Origin: a candidate division WOR-3 bacterium
Lineage (GTDB): Bacteria; Hydrothermota; Tepidihabitantia; SM23-42; JAOAFX01
Direction of reading: 5' to 3'
DNA length: 45,910 nucleotides
NCBI GenBank assembly: GCA_039802145.1
Contig: JBDRWA010000001.1
Location: 1 to 45,910, forward strand
The notes beneath the pieces are model-generated. The model made no database searches and was not told the origin of the DNA. It saw only the letters and a program-made list of their open reading frames with translations. The stretch's first letter is position 1. The number at the start of each line of letters is the position of its first letter. The translations under genes were made by a program, and so were the position numbers. Shown here piece by piece: positions 18,773 through 26,900 of the stretch.

Positions 18773-18833
18773 AATGTAGGGCAAGGCTTTAGCCTTGCAA
18801 CAAAAATAAGCAAACCTAAAGGTTTGCCCTACA
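18773..18833. repeat. Small nested palindromic element (TGTAGGGCAA...TTGCCCTACA arms enclosing CAAGGCTTTAGCCTTG hairpin)
   Basis: 10-nt inverted arms at 18775..18784 and 18824..18833, with an inner 7-bp hairpin. The first 26 nt recur (25/26) inside a coding region at 31947..31972. Confidence 0.7.
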
Positions 18834-18867
18834 ATGTAATTAACCATAAAACCATCTACCCACCCAA

Positions 18868-21102
18868 CTATCCAACCATCAAGCCATCCAACAATCCCTT
18901 CACTTCTTGTGAATCCGGAATTATCTTCAAGACTTTTTGTAGTATTTTTCGTGCATCATTTTTGTTCCCGTGTTCAAGGCAGCTCTTGGCAAAATTTATC
19001 GCCTCAGTCTCAAGCTGCGTTAAAATCTTAAATCTCATGTCCACTGACCAGTTATCAAAATTCTTCTTAAACGGCTCACCGCGGAATAACTTGAATGCCC
19101 GTAAGTATTCTTTGCGAGCGATACCCCACTCCCCTGCCCGCTCCAGTGCCTTTGCCCGGGCTAAAGTTTGTCCAAATTCCTGATAGTCGGTGGTAAAATA
19201 AATGTTTTGATTGATTAGATAAGATTCCCCGTTCTGTCTTTTTATCTCTAAATAATGGGCAGGAATTTTAAGAGCCCTTTTTATTCGGACTAAACTGTGG
19301 GAGAAAATCCTTGCTGGATTCTTACTTTTTGACCAGAAATTTTCGTAGAGTTCATTTAAATTCAATGATTTTTCTGGTTCATTGATTCTGGTGATAATAA
19401 ACAAAAGTATTGCACTATCCTTTGGCGAAAGATGGAATTTGTGATATCTTTGATTGCGGAAAATGGTTATTTTGCCTAATAAATTTATATGGTAAACATC
19501 GGTTTTTGTATTAAATATCGGCAGGCGCAGAATTGCCTTAGGTAGATAAGTTGGTTTATTCTTTGCAATCCTTTTCTGAACAAAATCGGGGTAGAAGAAT
19601 AGATAACGATAAAAATAAAACAGGATGCCTTTCCTGACGGCAAACTGATATGCCCCCATATAACCCCTGTTTTTTAATACCCAGGCAAGTTTGATTGTAG
19701 ATAATTTGAAAAATTCTTTATTTTGTGGAATTTTTTGCAGGAGGATGTTGGTAATCAACAACTGCCTTTTCATATTTCTTTTTTTCAAAAATTTCTTCAA
19801 GTTAGCCAATAATGACTTTGCTTTTTCTTCCTCCCCAAAACACATATATGCACTTGCCATTGCCAGATAGGCATTGTTGATATCGGTCAGAAGTCCTGCT
19901 CCTTTTGAGGCATTTAGGGCATTCTGTGCTAAGATAAATGCCTCTGATGGTCTACCTTCAATCAAGGCAAAAAGGGACCGGAATCTTGATAACTGGGCAT
20001 CTTTTGCCCAATCATAAATTTCTGCTTCATTTATAAGTTTCAATGCAGTATTTTTATCGCACCTCAATAAATGAACATAAATCGCAAGCAGCGTCTTCAA
20101 CCTTTTCTTTCTTTGCTCGTCAATACCTTCAAGGGATTTGAGAAGCAGTTTTTCTGCAGTATTATAATCTTCAAGGTCTATGAACTGGACCGCAAGGTCA
20201 TAGAGGAATTCATAAAATGGACTTTTGTGTTGTGATACAAGATGATAGCAATGACGGGCAAGACGGAATGCTTCAGTCAATTTTAACATTTGCACCAGGG
20301 TGTGGCATTTTGAAATAAGTAAGGTAAAACGAATTGGCATTAAATCTTTTGCTTTTCTATCATTGTCAGGTAGAGATTTTTCAATTTTTTCTGTCCATCT
20401 CTTTTGTTCTTCAGGATTGCCAAGCCAGGATAATGCAACAAGCAAAGCCATACCAATTCTTAATGCCGAATAATTCCACTCATTCTTGATAGATTTTTTA
20501 TAGAGTATTTTTGCTTTTTTGATATATTCCGACAATGGGATTTTGCCGAATTCCATTGTCAATCTTTCAATCTTGCGCCTTGTATTCAAGAGTTTTTCCG
20601 GTAATTTTAAAACTAATTCATTCTTTGGTAGCGGGGGTAAGGAATTTAAAATTATCGCTGATTCTTTCATTTTGCCATCATTAAATAGCCGCTCTGCATC
20701 TTCTAACTTTAACTTTGTTTCCTGAGAAGGAATAATGAATTCGGTAAAGTCATTGCAAATGTTCAAACGATCAAAGCCAGAATATCCATATCTTTTCCAG
20801 ATATTCCATATTCCACGGCTGGTGATTTTTATTTTCTTCTTGAGCAATACCCTCCGTGTCTGTTCCAGCGTGAGCCAGGGATATTTTTCTTTATACTTTA
20901 TGACGAAATTTTCAATATACTTTGGGGAGCGATTCCAGGGTTTAAAAAGCGGTTGTGTTTTAAATTTTTTAAAATACTTCAACCATTTATAAACCGTCTG
21001 ATAATGGAGATTAAATTTTTTTGCGGTCTTTCTGATTGAAGATTTATTTTTAAAATATTCGTCAATGACCCCATAAAATAATTCTCTTTGTTTGTTATGC
21101 AT
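18868..21102 (-). CDS. Paralogous large regulator: paired HTH, TPR-like, winged-helix + BTAD
   Basis: 744 aa, collinear with 14635..16878. By manual count, 90 of 100 aligned residues are identical across the BTAD region starting at IYFTTDYQEF (ten residues before the C-terminus), and the rest is much more diverged. Confidence 0.7.
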   Translation of the reverse strand: MHNKQRELFYGVIDEYFKNKSSIRKTAKKFNLHYQTVYKWLKYFKKFKTQPLFKPWNRSPKYIENFVIKYKEKYPWLTLEQTRRVLLKKKIKITSRGIWNIWKRYGYSGFDRLNICNDFTEFIIPSQETKLKLEDAERLFNDGKMKESAIILNSLPPLPKNELVLKLPEKLLNTRRKIERLTMEFGKIPLSEYIKKAKILYKKSIKNEWNYSALRIGMALLVALSWLGNPEEQKRWTEKIEKSLPDNDRKAKDLMPIRFTLLISKCHTLVQMLKLTEAFRLARHCYHLVSQHKSPFYEFLYDLAVQFIDLEDYNTAEKLLLKSLEGIDEQRKKRLKTLLAIYVHLLRCDKNTALKLINEAEIYDWAKDAQLSRFRSLFALIEGRPSEAFILAQNALNASKGAGLLTDINNAYLAMASAYMCFGEEEKAKSLLANLKKFLKKRNMKRQLLITNILLQKIPQNKEFFKLSTIKLAWVLKNRGYMGAYQFAVRKGILFYFYRYLFFYPDFVQKRIAKNKPTYLPKAILRLPIFNTKTDVYHINLLGKITIFRNQRYHKFHLSPKDSAILLFIITRINEPEKSLNLNELYENFWSKSKNPARIFSHSLVRIKRALKIPAHYLEIKRQNGESYLINQNIYFTTDYQEFGQTLARAKALERAGEWGIARKEYLRAFKLFRGEPFKKNFDNWSVDMRFKILTQLETEAINFAKSCLEHGNKNDARKILQKVLKIIPDSQEVKGLLDGLMVG

Positions 21103-21111
21103 CTGCGGTAA

Positions 21112-21140
21112 ATTATATACTATAATGCAGAATATGTCAA
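21112..21140 (-). promoter_or_regulatory. Sigma70-type promoter, near-leaderless (TTGACA-17-TATAAT, 9 nt to ATG at 21102)
   Basis: Read on the reverse complement: -35 at 21140..21135, -10 at 21117..21112. Same geometry as the paralogue. Confidence 0.7.
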
Positions 21141-21248
21141 GTAATTATAATATGTATCGCTGTAACCAGTAATTAACTATTGCGATTGTGTTGTGTGTGG
21201 TTAATTTGGGACACATTTATATGTAAATATTTAGAGAAAGGGGGTATT

Positions 21249-23573
21249 ATGAAAATTGGAATTTGGTTTGGTATGTTCTTAATCGTTTCTTTTGTTCATT
21301 CAGCTAACCTCCCCTGGACCTGGCAGAATCCATTACCTGAAGGTAATGAATACACTGATGTCTGTGTAATCAACGAAAATATTATTTTTGTTGTTGAAGA
21401 AGAGGCAGGAACCATTTTAAAGACGACAAATGGTGGCTTGGCCTGGGATGTAAGTTTCACACCTTATCCTGATTCCCAGCCTGGTTATTATGAACTTTAT
21501 GGTATTGATTTTCCTGATTCGCTAACTGGCTATGCAGTCGGTAATTTCTGGGGTTCAAACTGGAATACAACATATCATGCTGTAATTTTAAAAACCACAA
21601 ACCAGGGTGCAACCTGGACATTCCAGTATCTTGGCGCACAGAATACCTGGCTTATGGATGTTGATTTTCCGCAGGGAAATAATCAGGTCGGATATGCAGT
21701 AGGGAGAAATGGAATGATATTAAAAACGACAAATGGTGGGCAGAGTTGGGTTCAGCAAAATTCTGGCACAACCTATGAATTGCTTGCAGTACATTTTCCC
21801 GTTGATGCAAATACTGGATATGTTGTTGGTGGGAATAGAACTACAACCCCGGTAATCTTAAAAACAACAAACGGTGGTTCCAACTGGAATAGCCAGACAA
21901 GTCCAGCAAATGTGACTTACTGGGATGTGTGTTTTATTGATAATCAGAACGGTTATGCAGGGGGGTATACATTAGGTAGTGGTGGCAATGGTACAATTAT
22001 TAAAACAACCAATGGAGGTAGTACGTGGCAACAGATATGGTATCAACAATACCGTGAAATTTATTCAGTACATTTTTTGAATGCCCAGGTCGGGTATGCC
22101 GGTGGTTGGGCACACTCAAATTCGGGCTGGAGTGGAAGTTTCATTATGAAAACAACAAACGAAGGTAGTAGCTGGACTCCAGTCTTTCTTCCGAAATTTA
22201 TGACCTATGTTTTACCGATTGGTTTTGCCAATACACTGACTGGTTATGCTGCAGGATATGTCTATGACCAGAATGGTGGCCATGGCCAACTTTTGAAAAC
22301 TACGGATGCGGGCACATCCTGGATTTTCTTAAATACAGGTCCTGAAGGAATTTTTTGGGCTGTTGATTTTCCGGAGAGCGACCAAATTGGTTATGCGGTT
22401 GGCGATGCAGGATATATATACAAGACAACTGATGGAGGTGCAACCTGGGTACAGCAAACAACAGGAACCGGGCAGGTATTCTATGATGTTGATTTTCTTG
22501 ATAATCAACTCGGTTTTGCAGTTGGTGCTAATGGAACATTTTTCAAGACAACAAACGGTGGTAATGTCTGGACTCCAAAAAATGCAAATACTACAGCCAC
22601 CCTGTATGCAGTGAAATTCATAAATTCGCAAATTGGTTACATTGCTGGACTGGGAAGTACTGGTGGAGTGATAATGAAGTCTACGGATGGAGGTGATAAC
22701 TGGATAAGTCAGACCATCCCTAACAATAATACTTATCGGGCAATTCAGGATTTATTTTTCTTTAATGCGGATACTGGTTATGCAGTTGCGGGTGCCACAC
22801 CTTCTTATGGTGGTGCAGTTGGACTTGTATATAAAACCACTAATGGTGGTCAGACCTGGGTTGAAAACTATGCACCATCTTCAGCAAATTTCTATGCCAT
22901 AGATTTTCCAGAAAATTCACAGGTTGGTTATATTTCAGGTTTAATGGGAGGTACCGGGACTTATAAAATGATAAAGACAACCAATGGGGGCAATTCCTGG
23001 ACAGGACAAAGCCTGGGGGGTGGTATTGTTCCCGCTGTTGGTGTATCCTTTGCAGATAATCTCATTGGTTATGCGGTATTCAGACCTGGTGGATACCATA
23101 TGATGATGAAGACAACGAATGGTGGTTCAAACTGGTTTGCTATCAATTCTCTGACCTGGCACGGTTATGAGGATATCCAGGCGATCAATGCAAATGTCGT
23201 TTATGCAGTTGGCAGGGGCGGAATGATCCGCAAGACAACAAATGGTGGAAGCGTTTGGATTGAGGAAGAAAAAGGTGATGGAGATATAAAGGTGGATAAT
23301 CATTATCAAAGTTTGTGGGTCTATCCTAATCCATTCAGGAACAATGTCCATATCAGATGCAGGATGCATGATACAGGATACATGATAAAGATATACGATG
23401 TTTCGGGACGTGTTGTAAAATCTTTCAATCTTGAATCCTGTATCCTGAATCATGAATCCAGTATCACCTGGTTCGGCGATGATAAGCTGGGACGTGAATT
23501 GCCTGCAGGTGTTTATTTTATCGTGCCTGAGGATAAAAGTTCGTCGCCCGTGCGGGTGGTGAAGATAAGATAA
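21249..23573 (+). CDS. Secreted BNR/Ycf48-like double beta-propeller protein with T9SS C-terminal sorting domain
   Basis: I prefer the start at ATG 21249 (AAGGGGG SD, then signal-like MKIGIWFGMFLIVSFVHSA) over the track start 21180. There are 14 repeats of the (I/L)xKTTNGGxxW motif. Tail NPFRNN...IKIYDVSGR...LPAGVYFIV...VVKIR. Confidence 0.85.
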   Translation: MKIGIWFGMFLIVSFVHSANLPWTWQNPLPEGNEYTDVCVINENIIFVVEEEAGTILKTTNGGLAWDVSFTPYPDSQPGYYELYGIDFPDSLTGYAVGNFWGSNWNTTYHAVILKTTNQGATWTFQYLGAQNTWLMDVDFPQGNNQVGYAVGRNGMILKTTNGGQSWVQQNSGTTYELLAVHFPVDANTGYVVGGNRTTTPVILKTTNGGSNWNSQTSPANVTYWDVCFIDNQNGYAGGYTLGSGGNGTIIKTTNGGSTWQQIWYQQYREIYSVHFLNAQVGYAGGWAHSNSGWSGSFIMKTTNEGSSWTPVFLPKFMTYVLPIGFANTLTGYAAGYVYDQNGGHGQLLKTTDAGTSWIFLNTGPEGIFWAVDFPESDQIGYAVGDAGYIYKTTDGGATWVQQTTGTGQVFYDVDFLDNQLGFAVGANGTFFKTTNGGNVWTPKNANTTATLYAVKFINSQIGYIAGLGSTGGVIMKSTDGGDNWISQTIPNNNTYRAIQDLFFFNADTGYAVAGATPSYGGAVGLVYKTTNGGQTWVENYAPSSANFYAIDFPENSQVGYISGLMGGTGTYKMIKTTNGGNSWTGQSLGGGIVPAVGVSFADNLIGYAVFRPGGYHMMMKTTNGGSNWFAINSLTWHGYEDIQAINANVVYAVGRGGMIRKTTNGGSVWIEEEKGDGDIKVDNHYQSLWVYPNPFRNNVHIRCRMHDTGYMIKIYDVSGRVVKSFNLESCILNHESSITWFGDDKLGRELPAGVYFIVPEDKSSSPVRVVKIR
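23354..23394 (+). repeat. In-frame 7-nt-phased array in T9SS tail, loop 1 (CAGGATG/CATGATA/CAGGATA/CATGATA/AAGATAT)
   Basis: Units read directly; they encode RCRMHDTGYMIKI just before the IYDVSGR strand. Confidence 0.75.
23432..23466 (+). repeat. In-frame 7-nt tandem array in T9SS tail, loop 2 (TGAATCC/TGTATCC/TGAATCA/TGAATCC/AGTATCA)
   Basis: Five contiguous heptamers read directly; they encode LESCILNHESSI. Confidence 0.8.
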
Positions 23574-23593
23574 AAACCCAACCCCCTTTCTGG

Positions 23594-23623
23594 CCCCTGG
23601 GGTGCCTGTGGGCACCCCAGGGG
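23594..23623 (+). terminator. 13-bp GC-rich hairpin after cargo gene (CCCCTGGGGTGCC-tgtg-GGCACCCCAGGGG)
   Basis: Perfect stem. The stem sequence is identical to the hairpin at 18628..18659. It is followed by an A-run rather than a T-run. Confidence 0.55.
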
Positions 23624-23715
23624 ATTAAAAAAATGTTAGTTTATTTACAAAATATTTTTAGAACATAAATTGAGATGTTTTGTATGAAACTGAATAAAAA
23701 ATTTCTCAAAAGACA

Positions 23716-23749
23716 TTCTGGTATTCTGGTAATTACCGGAATACCAGAA
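23716..23749. promoter_or_regulatory. 34-nt near-perfect palindrome upstream of the giant S8 gene promoter (candidate operator)
   Basis: TTCTGGTATTCTGGTAATTACCGGAATACCAGAA: 16 of 17 positions are symmetric and the remaining one is a T/G pair. It ends 30 nt upstream of the -35 box. Confidence 0.45.
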
Positions 23750-23779
23750 CAGCAATTTGATTATAAAAAGATTTTCTTA

Positions 23780-23807
23780 TTGACAAAGCAAAAATAATTA
23801 ATATAAT
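23780..23807 (+). promoter_or_regulatory. Consensus sigma70 promoter (TTGACA-16-TATAAT) for the giant S8 peptidase gene
   Basis: -35 at 23780..23785, -10 at 23802..23807. A roughly 90-nt leader follows, with two GGAGG sites. Confidence 0.7.
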
Positions 23808-23905
23808 TTATCATCTGAAAGGAGGTGAGAATAAATGAATTAAAATATGGGGATGCTGCAGTACAGGATCAATTCAAATAAAGAGAATTGAAAAAGGAGG
23901 TGTGT

Positions 23906-26900
23906 ATGTTTAATTTGTTGCTTGCGTTTCTTTTTGTAGCAAGGCCAGTGATACCGGGTAAGATGACTCCGGAACTGGCGCAGATTCTGCATAATACATC
24001 AGATAACGAAAAGATACTCGTTATCGTCCATATGGCTACAGAATATCCTTATGACCAGCTTCGGGGAATGACACCGGTTGAAAAGTGCAAGGTATTTGAG
24101 AATATTGCCTTCAATTCCCAGCGTGAAATTGTTGAATATTTAAAGTCACTCCCTGACGAGTTTGCTGAAGTCGGTGGTCAATTCTGGATATTCAATGGAT
24201 TCCATTTAAAAGCAACAAAGGCATTAATCTATGAACTTGCCAAGCGTGATGATATCTGGTTTATCTGCCACAATGGGATAGTAAAACTTGATGCTGATGT
24301 TCTGCCTGAAGCAGATATTACTGGTCGTGCTCCAGAATGGAACATCAAGAAAATAAAGGCGGATTCTTGCTGGGCAGAGGGTTATTCTGGTTCAGGGATA
24401 ATTCTTGGTCATATTGATACCGGCGTATTAACTACCCATGAGGCACTTACCGGTAAATGGCTCTCTCCTTACTGGATTGATGGTGTGAGTGGACAGGCTA
24501 ATCCTTATGACGACCATGGACATGGGACTCATACTATGGGGACTATCTGTGGTGGTGATGGCCCTGGTCCGTTTGCGAATGATGTTGGTGTTGCATATGG
24601 TGCCCGGTATATTCCAACCAAGGCATTTGATTCTGGTGGTTCAGGACAGTATGCCTGGATCGATACCTGTATGCAATATCTGGCGAGATTGAAGTCTCAA
24701 GGTGTTGATATCCGGGCGATTGGTAATTCCTGGGGCAGTTCGGGTCAGACCGATTTACACTGGTGGGATATAATTCTGAACTGGAAAAATCTTGATGTAT
24801 TTCCTGTATTCTCCCAGGGGAATAGTGGTCCAAATTCAGGAACGGCAAATGCACCAGGAAATTATCCCACTGCAATAGGTGTTGGTGCAACCGATTCACT
24901 TGATGTGATTGCAAGTTTCTCGTCCCGTGGCCCTGCACCAAATCAAAGTCCCTGGAATGATCCACAATACTGGTATTATCCTACCTGGAATCTTTTAAAA
25001 CCCGATGTCTCTGCCCCGGGTGTCGCAGTCCGTTCTTCATATAATAATGGTGGATACACATCTATGCAGGGAACTTCTATGGCATCACCCCATGTCACCG
25101 GCGGAACTGCAATTCTCCTTGAGAAAAATTCCACTCTTACTCCTGACCAGTTATTCGAAATCTTTTATACCACCTGTGACCAGCCATCAGGTGGAGGTCC
25201 CTATCCTAACAATAACTATGGCTGGGGTAGAATAAATCTCTATCGTGCATTACAACAGACACCGCCGCCAACTCCTCACCATAATATTCGTGTTCAGACA
25301 ATAGTTGTCCCTGGAACAAGGGAGCGTGAATATACTGTTATCCAACCCCAGGTTCGTTTTAAGAATGCAGGAACCTTTGATGAAAACAATATCCCTGTGG
25401 TATGCCAGATAAAGAGGGGCACGACAACCGTTTATACCAGCAACCGCACGATTGGTTCACTCCTTCAGAATAAGGATACACTGATAACTTTTGATAATTT
25501 CACAGTTGGTTCCTGTGGCAATCATTATACTGCTTTTGGCATAGCCAACCTTTCAACCGATACTCTCCATTATGATGACACATTGAAAAAGAATTTTGTT
25601 GCAGCAAGGGTCTATGAAGTCACAACGCCGGATTGTGATGCCTGGAAGATTGCTAATGCGGACTCTGGAACTCCACCCGCGCCAACGAATCCTGCTTGGA
25701 TTCCTGCCACAACAACCGAGAAACAGCAGATCTCTGCACTTGATAATCAGTGGTGGGTAACGGCAGGCTCTCCACAAGATACCACACATATGGATGTGCA
25801 GTTATATGGATTCCGATTGACCGGAGTTCCTGATACCGCCATTGAGGAGATGACCCTTGAGTGGTGGGGTCATCATGGAAGTGGCGTGCGGGACCAGTTA
25901 AGATTTAGGCTTTGGAACACCCTGACGAGTTCCTATTCATTAAAGATTACCCAACAGAATGTCACTTCAGATCAATTATTCAGCATAATTATTCCTGACG
26001 ATTCTGCTGAAGCCTATGTGGGTAATGATGGTTTCTTATATGCCTGTGTGGCGAATGATGTCTATATCAAATCTTCCTGTCCATTGCTCTTTACTCATAA
26101 TAAAAACAAGAGTTACTTCATCGGCGACATTGTAACTGGTGGAGATATTGGAACCTGGATTGGTCGGGTAATGGGTGTGAATCTTTATGCACCACCTGAC
26201 TACGACGAATATGTAAAGATTGATGGCGAAAAATTGCAAGCGGTGAATGGGAAATATCACCTCAGTATAAATGAGATGCTCCAGGAAATCAGTTATATTG
26301 ATGAAGTAACACTGTATGCAGTTGACCACCCTGCTGGAAGTGATATTTATCCTCATGAGGCACTCCTCTGGCCCGGTTATCAAGGGTTGAAAATTTTCAA
26401 TGGTTATGAAAAGCCGATTTACAAGGTATTCAATGAAAAGGGTCAGGATATTACTGATTATCTAAATGCAATTGATAGGAATTTTGCTCCATTTGAATTA
26501 ACAGGACTTGTGGGATTTGCCAAGCCTTTCACAATTACACTTGACCTTGGGGAATTGAATGATCCGGATAATACAGTCCTTTGCCTCTATGGTAGCACAC
26601 GTTTTCCTGATGCGGGAAAGATTAAGGAAGTGAGTGATATCTACGAGGCCTACAAAAAGGGCATGAAGGTTCAAAATCCGACTGTTGAAGTTTATAATAA
26701 CGGCAAGTGGCAGAAGATCAAATCCTGCGGTATGCCTGCGGGTCATAAAAAGGTAGTTACCTATCCGCTCTTTGATGAAAATGGTAAGTCAATCTTCAAA
26801 GGCAAAGACTATAAACTAAGAATTACATTCTACCATGAAGTTTATCTTGATAAAATCTGGATTACCACAGATACAGATAACAATTATCGCATTGCGGCAC

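Noticed and set aside
18716-19183. 155-aa plus-strand ORF spanning the intergenic repeats and the 3' end of the second regulator
   Set aside because: It begins in low-complexity repeat DNA and overlaps the highly conserved BTAD-coding region on the opposite strand. It has no SD and no recognisable protein features.
21180-21248. ORF-track upstream starts: 21180 for the BNR cargo, 23888 for the giant S8, 32790 for KAS III, 38630 for the coiled-coil gene, 8861 for the lipoprotein and 8763 for nifS
   Set aside because: In each case a downstream in-frame start has a proper SD or promoter geometry and gives a sensible N-terminus (a signal peptide or a family-typical start). The upstream extension overlaps a promoter, an SD, repeat DNA or the preceding gene.
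23127-23615. 162-aa minus-strand ORF opposite the BNR cargo tail and its hairpin (similar case at 18473..18667)
   Set aside because: It starts inside the GC hairpin, is antisense to a strongly supported T9SS tail, and its low-complexity sequence derives from the heptamer arrays.
24543-24965. 140-aa His-rich minus-strand ORF inside the giant S8 gene (plus several 60-115-aa ORFs on both strands within 24.4-27.1 kb and 29.4-31.6 kb)
   Set aside because: All are nested in or antisense to the S8 catalytic-domain coding sequence, whose frame is fixed by the Asp/His/Ser motifs. None has independent support.
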